A stretch of 64,000 nt of DNA from a virus: IMG/VR virus record IMGVR_UViG_3300030098_002071, positions 1 through 64,000 of that record; one strand, given 5' to 3'. Both the position numbers and the translations under genes were made by a program. Each line of letters starts with the position of its first letter. Positions within the stretch are counted from its first letter, which is position 1. Below, piece by piece: positions 36,701-46,853 of this stretch. The notes under the pieces are model-generated. The model was not told where the DNA came from, searched no databases, and saw only the letters and a program-made list of their open reading frames with translations.

Positions 36701-36882
36701 AAGAGTTAATAAATGATATAGCATCTATAAAAGATGGGAAGGGTAACAGTGCAGTATTAGAAAAAAACAAGCAAATGAGGATAGGTAAAGGGCATAAGGA
36801 TGGGGCAGTTGATTTAAATATTCCTTGTGTTGTGTTTGACGCTACAAAACTAATACCACTAGACGATGATGACTCCGCATAA
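33796..36882 (+). CDS. Primase-helicase (AEP-like primase, Cys cluster, DUF927-like ATPase)
   Basis: LDIDVD, SGRGLHVY, D.ARILRV.GT.N.K, SC..F......C.GC, Walker A GTTGSGKT, IDEIT. Confidence 0.85.
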   Translation: MDSEEFLNHVLPDNNGDICYNLTCIGKGTKQYFYDTIEEAAKQALVFSEEELDVYYGFAGFDVEVLERYKKGERKNLRTADNAKLFKCLALDIDVDESGSKINTYESLEKAGEALNKFITNNNLPMPLIVCSGRGLHVYQVFTNAIPHDKWHKLATAYKNLAIEQNLIIDPSVTADAARILRVVGTFNNKGEVGVPVIVLNEGDDPRAYTYWRNKLNTSSAETVVEETPSEPSDAPLVAHNIIGRKDDELSSTVKYSWKIIKESRNCQQINFMYDHKNEVSEPLWRCGTGVATFCIDRDFAIHDLSKGYEGYDPEETKKKADGIKYGPISCLEFEKQNPNGCKGCEFKSRKGSKGPLKSPILLGATVEQVASEERVVLDKDTGIEKKISMPKDLPDGYIRSEKGIFKIREGDLPPLAIYPDDFWVQERLYSRVDGHMISLVHIFPHKNDGIEQWVMPYDFKSHVSELSKHGIVMATKKEENYIMEYIAAWINKLKTERAYGQAYVQMGWQDGQVIEGSSDNEIEFHTSFILGRRKFTAGGVAELPFEEGIGKLISGGENSIIEDDYIKNATNVQVASISSTLEQTARAFPKKGSLEKWTKAIQQLYSRDRTGLKAGEEDGEETKRFVMGYGLASPLFKFTPIRSALLHMVSGTTGSGKTSTLRAVASIWGHPKDALSQGGDTTFSWFQKLGEFNSVPFFIDEITEMNPKAMSQLIYSLSHGKGRDRMEGSTNRLRVNETTWCTGVITTANTEVSSVLKSMKNRPEAELARMLEIPVIDNDLTLQENTKLVSSLDHNHGLAAEKFIPWVLANQVECERIVSEVTEKIVKECNLDKRHRFKAAMGGVAIAGLLIGNKLGIWDFEVKSTFQWFVNMLLSNKEDEGTDRDRETRSQEDCLSILGEFFNEHRPNTLQVDDSDDYTDGLKELINVGGKRLRPEALYIRDEVHSKQIVVIRSRLLNWCNENAVQFKELINDIASIKDGKGNSAVLEKNKQMRIGKGHKDGAVDLNIPCVVFDATKLIPLDDDDSA

Positions 36883-37102
36883 GATAATCGGTTCGTTATC
36901 TCAGTTTAACTTAGAGGGAACTCCTGTACACATAGACTGGATGGCGTTTCATGTGGGTACTAGTTTTTTCTTGCCTTGTTGTAGATGCATAGCTTTAAAA
37001 AATGAAATAGTAAACAAAGCCATTGTAGCTGGACTAGAAGTAGACTCCAGAATAGTAATAGAAAATGAAGTAAGGGGCGTAAGAACTTGGAGACTATCTT
37101 GA
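36866..37102 (+). CDS. Small conserved protein at the end of the replication operon
   Basis: W..F.VG.SFFLPC, GVR.WR motifs. Confidence 0.7.
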   Translation: MMTPHKIIGSLSQFNLEGTPVHIDWMAFHVGTSFFLPCCRCIALKNEIVNKAIVAGLEVDSRIVIENEVRGVRTWRLS

Positions 37103-37107
37103 AGGTT

Positions 37108-40100
37108 TTACCCCCCGCTAAAAAATAGGTCATTAAAGTTGACATCGTGATCGAACTCTCCGAAATCTTCAAGAGCACTTGCTCTATACCTTTTAGGTAC
37201 AGATATCCCCCACATCATGCCTCCCTCCATAGTAGAGGCTTTAGCTCTTGATTTTAGTCTACGCTCTATAGACTTAGGTGTTAAGTTAGTTCTTGGGTCT
37301 TTTACTCCAAGTTCTAAGAGTTCTTGATAAGTATCTAAAAATAATTCTGTATCATAAGTGCGTCTAGCTAAGAATAATTTGTTCATAAGTCGGCTCTCCA
37401 ACCCACGAATCTCGTTTTGTATTCGTTTTTGCTGTGCATTAGCTTCAGCTACCATCATTACTGATTTTGGTGAGAACCCTAAAAGTTGCATGCCTACGTT
37501 ATACCCTGACACATTCCCTACCATTGTATCGCCTCTAATAGTTTTTGCTCCGTCACTAGCGTACCTGTAACTTTTAAGGGCATTTCTAAAAGCTAATGGC
37601 AGCATGGTTTCTATTCCTCTTGCAGTGTGCCCATTTAACATTAAATTAGCACCTTTTTCTGTTTGGGTTGCAATACTATATGGAGCTCCTAGTAACTGAG
37701 TAAGTATTCTGTCTGTTAGATATACATTCCTGCTTGTATCTGCAAGACCATCTCTAATAACAAGATCATTCCAACCTACTCTACTTGAAAAGGATATTCC
37801 AAAGGCTTTATCAAATAATGACTCTCCAAAAAACTTTCTAGTTTTAGTTTCAAAATCTTCTTCGCCTTCTTCTTTTAGTATGTCATGCACTAGTTCTGGA
37901 ATCCAAAACATAGGTATACCGTGGACTCCTGCTAATAAAGCTGAAGCCCCTATTACTCCTGATAATTGGAATCTAGCTATACGAGCTTCTGCACGTTCTT
38001 CGGGAGTCATACCTTTTCTAGGGAATGCATTCGCCATCATACGGAACAGTAAGGTATACATAGCAAAACCGTAAGATTTAAATATAGTAAATACTTTACC
38101 TACGTTTGTTTGGGATATTTGTGACGTTGCCCCTAGAGCTGTTGCTCCATGCATTTCCTGTATACCGTTAGCCATTTGTCTAACTATGCGTCCTAACTCA
38201 GAATCTCTGTTCGCATTTCCCTCATCTAGACTCTCAGCTATAGGTTTACCTCCCCACATCCCATTAACTATTTTTTTATTCTTTTTAGCTTTAAGTATTT
38301 CCATTTGTAATATAGACAGGGCTGTTACTTCCCTACTAAATTGTTCTGCTGCATTAAATACTGTCCCACTAAGTTTTAAAAGTTTGCCTTGTGCTCTTTT
38401 TATTTTATTAAATTGGGTTGAGTATCGAGATATATCTAAATAATCAAACATAGTGGATGTGCCTATGTGATTATGAGTACGTAAATCTTCTAGTACAGCT
38501 TTTACTGTACCTGCAGGGGCTCCTATTTCTTTATCTATTTGGCTAAGTCTTTTATCAGAGTAGTTGAGCATACTTGGGTTACTAGATACAGTATGAGTTT
38601 TACCTGACAGATCAGTTACATCTCTTGAAAAACCAGTTCCCATGACATACCGCATAGATTTAAGTATGGCTCGTCCCCCACCGGGGCCATATCTTCCTAG
38701 TAACATAGGGATAATAACTAAAGGTATTTGGGTAAACTGCATGAAGCCTGATGATATGTTAAGCCCTAGCATCCAATGGAAACTTGTTGCGGTCATAAAA
38801 TTAGTCAAACGACTAAAGTTAGGATTTTTTGCGAACTCAACTTGTTTTGCAATTTTATCAGCGTAATATGTTGCTTCTTCTGCTCCTAACGGAAATGCAA
38901 TATCCCCTTGGCTACCTTGATTTTCTTCTATGTGGGCTCTTATCTCCCCCATAGTAGATGTCATTTTACTATTAAACTGTATAGCTGATATTTTATTTAT
39001 CATGCCGTCTGTAGACTGAACAAAAGTTCTAGCAATATCTCTAGATGCTCCTTGTATAGAAGGTTTTGATCTTAGCCTAACTTTACCCGCCATAACAACT
39101 TCAGGCATAGACGCTATAAGCAAATCAAGAAATTCTTTTTTCTGTTCTTTAACAAGTCTAATTGACTCTATGTTTCCTTCTTTCTCTACGACTTTTATAT
39201 TGTCGTCTAGGGTCTTTACAAACCCTCTTAGTAAACTATCAGGAGGAATGTTTTTTTCAAAACTAGCGTCATAACTTTCTTGAAATTTAATAATCCCGTC
39301 CATTTTACTCAACGTTATTTTTTGGTCTACAGTTAAACCTTCTTGTATATTGCCAAGCTCCTCAATAGTTGCTGTTGCTTCTTGTTGAGTTACCCCATCA
39401 ACCCTTGCAATTTTATCTATCGCTGCATTAAGTTCGTCAACTGTTGCATCTGCTATTTCTCTCGTATCTATTCCATATCGACTGCGGCTCTCGTAGAGTT
39501 TAAAAACTTGAGTTCTTAACTGAGGATCAGTTATATTTGAAGCATACTCATTTATTAATTCATTTATTTTATCGTTACGTCTAGCTTCTGTTTCAAAGTG
39601 TTCTACCCCTCGCATAGGTTCAGTGGACGTACCCGCATCTGATTTATTAATTTGAAGTTTAGTAGGATGGGTGTAGCTTAACCTAAATGCACCAAATCTA
39701 CCTAAAGCAAAATACGGGTCAATCATTGCTCGGTTTATTATGTTGTTTTGTAGGTTTGTTATGATGTTTCTTTTTTCTTCGGGCTGTAGTTGCAACCTAT
39801 TTACAACAGGCTGTATTTGTTTCTTTATTTCATTCCACAAAGTTTTATAAGATTCCTCCATTTGATTATATGCTTCTTTATATTCTGGAGAGAGTGCGTT
39901 GTACCTATCTTGTAGTTCTTTATGTTCTGCTAATGCAGCTTCTAACCCCTCATTGTATAAACCGTCTGCATTACTTATAATCTTTGCTTTCATCTTTTTA
40001 TACATCTCGCCCGATTCGGCAGTCTCATCAAGATTTCCCTCTGAATCATAAGCTCGAATTTTTTCTTTACTATTTTCTACATATCGAGGGTTTAATTCTA

Positions 40101-43100
40101 TTTCAGTAGTTTGTATCGTAAGTTCAGCTAATTCTTTAAACGCTTCAGGGTCTTTCTTTTGTAATCTTTCTATATTATTAATTACGGGCTCAACCCTTTT
40201 CCTAAGACTAGCTTCTCTAGCTGGTTTTTGTTGTATTACTTCTTCTAAAATTTTTCCTTTTTCTTGTAAAAAACTATCAAAAGATGTATTAGCCGCAGGG
40301 AGCAACCCTCTAGAAAAAGGTGCAAACGATAACACTGCGTCTTTTATTACTCTAGGTAATTTACTAACAAATATAGCCCAATTATTTGACTGTACTCTGG
40401 GCACGCCACTTCTGTATTGTTCAATAGTTTGATCTATAACTTCATTATTAACCGCAAACTCGTACAAAGTAGGCATATCTTTATTTGAGATAGGAGTGCT
40501 TAGAATAGAATTTACACTGCTATAGGCTTCGTCAAATACAGACATCCTTTTTTTAGATGGTTTAGTTTTTATAAACGGAAATAAAATACGCTTAACCGTG
40601 TCTATTATCTTGTCCCAAAAACTTATTATGGTGTCTTTAAAAGTTTTTTCTTTTATCTTGCCATCAAAATATCGTAATTCTTTTAACCGTTGTTGTAATA
40701 CAGGATTCGCAATAACCTCTGCTACAAATTCTCCTATATTGGTATTTGCATTGTTAAACATCTCAGGCTCTAAGAAAGGTTTAACGTCATTAAAGATTTG
40801 ATTTAATAGATACGCAGGGCTACCTTTTTTAGGAGGTGTAATAAATGTGGAGCCATCGGGAGTTACGTTGAGGACTTGCAAAGTAGCAGCATGAGCCGCT
40901 TCGTGTAAAATTACATACGGAGTATTACCTGTTCTGGGGTTTATAAGAATTGTTCCGTTTACAAATCTGCCCCCTATATGGTCAGGTAATGAGTTGTCGT
41001 AGCGTATACCTACCGTTGAAGTTAGTGAAGTTAATCTTTTTGCAATCTTACTCATAAAAGGTAAAACTGGACTTACTTGTTCCGCTACAGCACGTAGTAC
41101 ATCAGGGGTATTACCGCTTTCTATAGCTAAACCTACTTTTGGAGAAGCTGGGATACTTAGTATTTTTTGTTTAGCACTTGCTTTAATCCGTTTTTGCATA
41201 CCTTTAGATAATTTAAGGTCTGCACCTGCTGTGCCATTAGTATTACCGTCATGTTTATCTATTATAGCTTCTGCTACTGCGGTTTCTACTGCATCTACAA
41301 GATTATTAAAGGCTTCTTTGCCTCCTTCTATAGACTCTAGAGCTGCTTTTTCTTGAGTTACGTCACGTTTTTTGGTAGCTTTGGCTAGTTTTGCTGTTCT
41401 TTCTTTTTCACGTTTTTCTTCTTGAATTTCAGTTTCGGTTTCAGCAATTGTTACCTCACTAATTGGCGTTTTATATTGGGTTTTTACAATATTTGCTAAC
41501 GCTATTTCATTCCGTGTCTTAGTATCAATATCTGCTGATGCATTTATTTTTTCTAGTTCTTTTGCAACTTTATTACGTAATTCTAATAAACTTTCAGATT
41601 GCCGTTTTACTTTAATTAGATCAGTATAAAGTTTAGTTACTTGCTCTATCTTTGCGTTACTATCTCCTGTTGTATTGACAGGAATTGACTCAACAAATTT
41701 ATTTTTTATACTTTCTAGTTTTTTAGAAGTTGTATTGGCATCTAGTAAGGTATCTTGTAATTGTCTAGTTACATCCTGTGTTGCTGTCCTAAGTCGTCCT
41801 AATTGTGCGGCTGTATCAAGTCCTGTTTCTACTGCTTCTAATCTCTGTGCTGCAAGCTCGGTTTGCTCACGAAGACCATAAGGAAAAGATAGTCTAAACC
41901 TTTCGTTTGCAATTCTTTCCGCTGAACTTATTGCCTCTGTATCTGCTGCACTTCTTGGTGGTTGTGCAATATTTACAATTTCTGCGACTAATCTTGACTC
42001 AGCTTGTTTTAAATTATTTTCTGTTTTTGTTAGTTTGGTGGTAATTGGCCTCCCTTTGCCGTCTTTCCCTTTTAGTTTTATTTCACTACCTGCTTTGCCA
42101 TCTTCGATTATAAAATTATACTCATTTAATTTGTTTTGTATTAGCTGACTTCTAGCTACAACTTCTCCTGCAGCTTTTTCTTCCAGCTTCGTAGCATCAG
42201 TTAATGATTTTTCTAATCCTACGAAATTTCCATCGGCATCTCTGAGTTGTTTTATTCTAGTTTTGGGGGTTGCTGTAAGGTTGTATTTTGTAGTTGCTTT
42301 TTCTAACTCCTCAAAAAGGTCTATAATTTCGTTCCGTCTTGTTTCGTTTTCATTCCCTAGAGCCCCTCTAACTTCTTCTGCTGTAAGTTGTTTAGCTTCT
42401 AATACTTTATCTATTGTTTTGTAAGCATCAGCATCCATATCTTCTGTATCTTTTAGTTCAGGAATAGCTGAATACTGTCTATCTACTATTTTTCTTGTTG
42501 CTTCTGCAGCTTTATTAGGAAACCGTTCTAATAACGCTTGATCTCTAGCTTCCAAGTTATTGTATCGAGTGCCCTCTATACTCATTCTGTTTATTAAAGG
42601 CTCTACATTTGCAGGGTCATCTTGATATAATGTTGTCTCTGCTGTTTTTGCATTGTAGGCGGCTTGTCCTTGTTCCCATGCTGTGCCTGTCCCTACTTCA
42701 ATTTTTCTACCACTTTTTTCTTTAGGATCGCCTTTTATTTTCCCTAACGCTTCTTTCCCTCTTTTTACAGCATCTTCCCTAGTATCTTGAACCGCTGCCT
42801 TCTCAATTATGCCTTGAACTTTTGTTTCCTCGTCCTTTTCCCCTCTTTTTATAAGTTCTTCTTTTAATTTTTGATTAAGAAGTTTTTGGAATATTCTATT
42901 TGCTTCCTCGCTATTCTGAGAAAATTTTTCTTGCAACTCTGGGGATATGTCTACTAACCCAATATTTTCTAAATAATCTATTCTTTCTTGGAAATCAGTA
43001 GGAACATCTCTCATGTCCCCTTCATCTAAAAGACCTTGATTAATTGCAAAATTAGATACAAGTTGGTCAAGCGAGGTATTGTCAATATTAGCACTCGTTG

Positions 43101-44262
43101 CAACATCCGCTGTAGTATCCGCTGTAGTATCCGCTGTAGTATCCGCTGGGTCATCCGTTGTAGTCCTTGCTGCAACCCCCGCTCCCGACCCACTAGCGTC
43201 ATCTGTAGTTTGCTTAGGAGTACTAACTGGAGTTCCTTCACTTTCCGCAGGGGGAGGTGCGGATATAGCGTTAAGGGACGCACCTAAGGGAGCCCCTAAT
43301 AGAAGTGCTGCAAATCCTGCTTCTGTGTATTCTTTTCTTGCATCGGCATCGGAAAGGCTTAGACCTGCTTGCGACCTTTCAGCAACCGCTTGTAGTAATT
43401 CCTGTGGCACTTCCATCCCACTAACAGTAATTGCACCTTTGAGAGCTCGTGTGCCTACAGTGTCATCGGGAAGGGTTTTAAGTTTTAAAGTTTCTGCTAT
43501 ATCAGAAGCAAATTTTGTAGCTGCTTCCGGCCCTTCAAACCCTACTAATCTAGATAAAGGTTTAAAAATAAATGGGACTATATCTAGTGATGCTTGAAAC
43601 CCAGAAGCTAACGCTGCTGACTCCCAATTTGGGTCTCTTATCTCCTCGCCTTGGTTAATACGGTCTTGATTTGCTGCTGCTTGACGCTCCATGTTGTCGC
43701 CAAAATATTGAGCCGCTGCTGTAACACCAAATCCTAAAGCAGATAAAGCATTCCCCATAGGGGTTAATCTAGCAGCTACACCAATACCTTTACCTATAAA
43801 GGACGCAGTTATAGGAGCAGTCATAAACCCAACTGAGTCTCCTGCTAGTTGTTTCATGTAGGTAAAAAATTTAGAAGAAGAAAAATCGTTCTCTTCCCCT
43901 ACACCTAAAGCCTCATCAAACGAAGTCCTACTTAGAGCCCCCGGTTCTGTAGCAAGTATAGCGTCTCTTGTAGTAGATTCTTCTAGACTAGTCTCAGCCC
44001 CTGCATAATCTAATGCTTGCCTAATCTTTTCTGGACTAAAAACACCATCTCTAACAGCATCTAAAAAACCAGCTTGTCTGTTAGAAATTCCTTCTAAATA
44101 TCTTTTACGTGCCTCTTCTGGATCATAATTTAAATAATCTAAAGGCAACCCCATTAAATCTGGGGGGATAATTATATCTGGGTTAAATCCAGACAGATCA
44201 AGGTTTGAACTAGGGCTACTAGTTGTAGCCGAACTATAAATATCATCAAATATACCAGCCAT
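37108..44262 (-). CDS. Giant internal virion/DNA-ejection protein with a zincin motif and PLxRFG-like region
   Basis: 2384 aa; ILHEAAHAAT then EFVAE; YFALGRFG; last gene of the ejection cluster. Confidence 0.75.
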   Translation of the reverse strand: MAGIFDDIYSSATTSSPSSNLDLSGFNPDIIIPPDLMGLPLDYLNYDPEEARKRYLEGISNRQAGFLDAVRDGVFSPEKIRQALDYAGAETSLEESTTRDAILATEPGALSRTSFDEALGVGEENDFSSSKFFTYMKQLAGDSVGFMTAPITASFIGKGIGVAARLTPMGNALSALGFGVTAAAQYFGDNMERQAAANQDRINQGEEIRDPNWESAALASGFQASLDIVPFIFKPLSRLVGFEGPEAATKFASDIAETLKLKTLPDDTVGTRALKGAITVSGMEVPQELLQAVAERSQAGLSLSDADARKEYTEAGFAALLLGAPLGASLNAISAPPPAESEGTPVSTPKQTTDDASGSGAGVAARTTTDDPADTTADTTADTTADVATSANIDNTSLDQLVSNFAINQGLLDEGDMRDVPTDFQERIDYLENIGLVDISPELQEKFSQNSEEANRIFQKLLNQKLKEELIKRGEKDEETKVQGIIEKAAVQDTREDAVKRGKEALGKIKGDPKEKSGRKIEVGTGTAWEQGQAAYNAKTAETTLYQDDPANVEPLINRMSIEGTRYNNLEARDQALLERFPNKAAEATRKIVDRQYSAIPELKDTEDMDADAYKTIDKVLEAKQLTAEEVRGALGNENETRRNEIIDLFEELEKATTKYNLTATPKTRIKQLRDADGNFVGLEKSLTDATKLEEKAAGEVVARSQLIQNKLNEYNFIIEDGKAGSEIKLKGKDGKGRPITTKLTKTENNLKQAESRLVAEIVNIAQPPRSAADTEAISSAERIANERFRLSFPYGLREQTELAAQRLEAVETGLDTAAQLGRLRTATQDVTRQLQDTLLDANTTSKKLESIKNKFVESIPVNTTGDSNAKIEQVTKLYTDLIKVKRQSESLLELRNKVAKELEKINASADIDTKTRNEIALANIVKTQYKTPISEVTIAETETEIQEEKREKERTAKLAKATKKRDVTQEKAALESIEGGKEAFNNLVDAVETAVAEAIIDKHDGNTNGTAGADLKLSKGMQKRIKASAKQKILSIPASPKVGLAIESGNTPDVLRAVAEQVSPVLPFMSKIAKRLTSLTSTVGIRYDNSLPDHIGGRFVNGTILINPRTGNTPYVILHEAAHAATLQVLNVTPDGSTFITPPKKGSPAYLLNQIFNDVKPFLEPEMFNNANTNIGEFVAEVIANPVLQQRLKELRYFDGKIKEKTFKDTIISFWDKIIDTVKRILFPFIKTKPSKKRMSVFDEAYSSVNSILSTPISNKDMPTLYEFAVNNEVIDQTIEQYRSGVPRVQSNNWAIFVSKLPRVIKDAVLSFAPFSRGLLPAANTSFDSFLQEKGKILEEVIQQKPAREASLRKRVEPVINNIERLQKKDPEAFKELAELTIQTTEIELNPRYVENSKEKIRAYDSEGNLDETAESGEMYKKMKAKIISNADGLYNEGLEAALAEHKELQDRYNALSPEYKEAYNQMEESYKTLWNEIKKQIQPVVNRLQLQPEEKRNIITNLQNNIINRAMIDPYFALGRFGAFRLSYTHPTKLQINKSDAGTSTEPMRGVEHFETEARRNDKINELINEYASNITDPQLRTQVFKLYESRSRYGIDTREIADATVDELNAAIDKIARVDGVTQQEATATIEELGNIQEGLTVDQKITLSKMDGIIKFQESYDASFEKNIPPDSLLRGFVKTLDDNIKVVEKEGNIESIRLVKEQKKEFLDLLIASMPEVVMAGKVRLRSKPSIQGASRDIARTFVQSTDGMINKISAIQFNSKMTSTMGEIRAHIEENQGSQGDIAFPLGAEEATYYADKIAKQVEFAKNPNFSRLTNFMTATSFHWMLGLNISSGFMQFTQIPLVIIPMLLGRYGPGGGRAILKSMRYVMGTGFSRDVTDLSGKTHTVSSNPSMLNYSDKRLSQIDKEIGAPAGTVKAVLEDLRTHNHIGTSTMFDYLDISRYSTQFNKIKRAQGKLLKLSGTVFNAAEQFSREVTALSILQMEILKAKKNKKIVNGMWGGKPIAESLDEGNANRDSELGRIVRQMANGIQEMHGATALGATSQISQTNVGKVFTIFKSYGFAMYTLLFRMMANAFPRKGMTPEERAEARIARFQLSGVIGASALLAGVHGIPMFWIPELVHDILKEEGEEDFETKTRKFFGESLFDKAFGISFSSRVGWNDLVIRDGLADTSRNVYLTDRILTQLLGAPYSIATQTEKGANLMLNGHTARGIETMLPLAFRNALKSYRYASDGAKTIRGDTMVGNVSGYNVGMQLLGFSPKSVMMVAEANAQQKRIQNEIRGLESRLMNKLFLARRTYDTELFLDTYQELLELGVKDPRTNLTPKSIERRLKSRAKASTMEGGMMWGISVPKRYRASALEDFGEFDHDVNFNDLFFSGG
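43105..43148. repeat. 12-bp coding tandem repeat (ADTT linker)
   Basis: ATCCGCTGTAGT x3 plus a partial. Confidence 0.9.
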
Positions 44263-46853
44263 TATTTATCGCCACGCATATACTGGTCATATTCCGCCAA
44301 AAATTCGCTTTCTATATGCTGTCTAGCAAATTTTCTTAAATCATTTTCTGTAACTTGCCCTTCTTTCTTACCACCGAAAAGTCTGCTCCAAAAACCGTCA
44401 GTGTATAACTTATTTTTATTAGCTTCTTTTAACTTTTCAAGAGCTTCATTTTCTGCTTGCATCGCTGCTGAAGTACCTAAGTAGTCTTGAAGTGCCTCTC
44501 TTCTATTTCCTCTATACTCTTGTGTTTTTATTGCTTTTCTAAGGGCGGCTGTAGCTTCTCTACTTTTAATCATTTCGTTAAGTCGTATTCGATTCAACTC
44601 AAAGTTTCTATCTTGATTATATTGAAGTTTTTCTCTCTCTAGCTTTCTATCTGCTCTGGTTTCCTTTCTATCTCGTAGCTTGCCTAATTCAACCAAAAGT
44701 GAAACTTCTGTTGCTCTATTTCTATAGGCTTGGGTATTTGCTTCTTGTTGTAACCTAAATGCAAAGTCTCTTTCTCCCCTTTGAAACTCTGATTCAGCCT
44801 GTCCTAATAAGAAACGAGTTTTTGCATTTTCGTTGTCTAATTGTCGTTTTCTTTCACCTATATTCATAGCAGTATCTAAATAACTTTTACCCGCTGCAGC
44901 CATAGTGCGGAGTACGTTAGGATCATTAGAAGCTAGAGCAGTTAGGGCCGCATTGAACAATGGCATCTGATCTAAAAATTTATCTTGTTTTTTCCTATTT
45001 AAACCTTGCTCATCTAAGAATTTTCGATAGTCTTCAAAAGGAGACTTCATACCTTCAGTTTTAGCTGCGGCTTCTATAGCGGTTGGTTTTGTATTTTTAA
45101 GGTCTTTTATTAAATTAGTTATCTGTTCTGAGATACTTTTATCTTCGGAAAATTGTATAGCCCCATCACCTTTTATTATTGCATTGGGGTTATTGCCTAA
45201 TAAACTTTGTGCCAATCTATCTCGTACTTTAGCACTATCAGAATCTATAGTAGTGGTTTGGTCATCTACCGTTGGTACTTTTACTGTTCCTGCTTCTGTT
45301 TCTGGTTCCGCTGCGATGTTAGTATCTACTTCTTCTGTTCGCTTTACTTTTTTTGGTGCATCTGTACCTGTTTCTGTTTCTCCTACAATAATTGGATCCA
45401 TATATTGTTGTGCACTTGCGAGCACTTCATCGGCTTTTGAACCTTTTGGTACAACTGGAAAAGTTGTTCTATCGTCTTGTGCTTCTAAAGCTAATCTTGC
45501 ATCTCTCTCTTCAGTTCCTTCTCCAAAAATAGTTGATTTTCTGCCTCTAGGTGATAATTTAGGGTCACCTCTTTCTATTCGTCTGAATTCTTTTTCTCTT
45601 TCAGCTAATACCTCATCTGATATAAACCCACCTTGCTCTCTTATCTTGGCTACATCTGCTAAATTAGCGTCTATATTTTTTCTAAGGTCTTTTGCTCTTT
45701 TACTTTCTTTATTTTTAAGTTTTCGTAGGGAGCGTTCTTGTCTATCTATTACTTTTAGTTTAGCTAACAACTTACTATTAAGTTTTCTTTGGTCTCTTTC
45801 GTTAAGTGAAGGTGGCAACATGTTACTAGCCATACCTTCAGTTATTTTTTGATCTTCTTTTGCTCGATCTTCTTGTTTTTTCCTTTCTTCTGCTGCTAAG
45901 GCGGCACGATACGCATCGGTTTGTTGAGGTAGCATATTACTAGCCATACCTTCAGTTATTGCTCGGTTTTCTGCGTCAGTAACAGCTTGAGTTTTTGGTA
46001 AAGTACCACGAGCATAATCAAGCATTGATTGGTAATTACGCTGATCTGGAGGAGGAGAAGGCGGAGCCGCTAAAGGATAGTCTGCAGCTAAAGTAGTAGC
46101 AAGATAAGCGGGAGTTTTTGGTAAAGTACCACGAGCATAATCAAGCATTGATTGGGGATTTGTCTGGTCTGGAGGAGGAGAAGGCGGAGCCGCTGAAGAA
46201 TAGTCCATAGTCCCTAAATTTTCTCTATCTATTTGCCTATCTATACGTCTTACATCCCCTGCTGTTTGGGCCGCAGGATTAGTAGAAAGTTCTTCATATA
46301 TCTGTTTTATTCTTGGTTTTGGCTGTAAATTTTCAGGCTGTGCTAAAAGAGTATCTAACTCCCTTTGTAGTTCTTGGTAATAAAAAGGAGATTGTACAAA
46401 TCCTCGGTTTTGGAATTTAATAACCCCACCACTTCGTGCTGCCATCGTTTGAGATGCCATTCTTTGTGCGTCTTGAGCTTGTTCAAACGCAGTAACAGCT
46501 CCGGGTATTCCTGCTTCTTGAGGTGCACTACCTACTTGATCTAAGACTTGTTGGGCTACAGTTGGTCTTTGCTGTTTAGCTGCGGCATCAGCCATTTGAG
46601 CTCGTTTTTGTCCATCTACCCTACGCTGTAATTCTGCCATGACCATATATAAAGGTATATTACCGCTTGGATTACGGACGTATTTTTTAAGATAGTCCAT
46701 GCTCGCACCTTTAAGTTTTTCTGCCATTTCAAACTGACCAACCATGCTATGAAAAGGAGCAGCTGAAGGCATAGAAGAACCACCGTACCCACCTATTTGT
46801 TGGTTAGCACCTGCATTAGCTCGTAGTCTTTCGTTTGGAGATTTCATTACCAT
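44262..46853 (-). CDS. Internal virion/ejection protein
   Basis: 863 aa, helical, internal duplications, position in cluster. Confidence 0.65.
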   Translation of the reverse strand: MVMKSPNERLRANAGANQQIGGYGGSSMPSAAPFHSMVGQFEMAEKLKGASMDYLKKYVRNPSGNIPLYMVMAELQRRVDGQKRAQMADAAAKQQRPTVAQQVLDQVGSAPQEAGIPGAVTAFEQAQDAQRMASQTMAARSGGVIKFQNRGFVQSPFYYQELQRELDTLLAQPENLQPKPRIKQIYEELSTNPAAQTAGDVRRIDRQIDRENLGTMDYSSAAPPSPPPDQTNPQSMLDYARGTLPKTPAYLATTLAADYPLAAPPSPPPDQRNYQSMLDYARGTLPKTQAVTDAENRAITEGMASNMLPQQTDAYRAALAAEERKKQEDRAKEDQKITEGMASNMLPPSLNERDQRKLNSKLLAKLKVIDRQERSLRKLKNKESKRAKDLRKNIDANLADVAKIREQGGFISDEVLAEREKEFRRIERGDPKLSPRGRKSTIFGEGTEERDARLALEAQDDRTTFPVVPKGSKADEVLASAQQYMDPIIVGETETGTDAPKKVKRTEEVDTNIAAEPETEAGTVKVPTVDDQTTTIDSDSAKVRDRLAQSLLGNNPNAIIKGDGAIQFSEDKSISEQITNLIKDLKNTKPTAIEAAAKTEGMKSPFEDYRKFLDEQGLNRKKQDKFLDQMPLFNAALTALASNDPNVLRTMAAAGKSYLDTAMNIGERKRQLDNENAKTRFLLGQAESEFQRGERDFAFRLQQEANTQAYRNRATEVSLLVELGKLRDRKETRADRKLEREKLQYNQDRNFELNRIRLNEMIKSREATAALRKAIKTQEYRGNRREALQDYLGTSAAMQAENEALEKLKEANKNKLYTDGFWSRLFGGKKEGQVTENDLRKFARQHIESEFLAEYDQYMRGDK

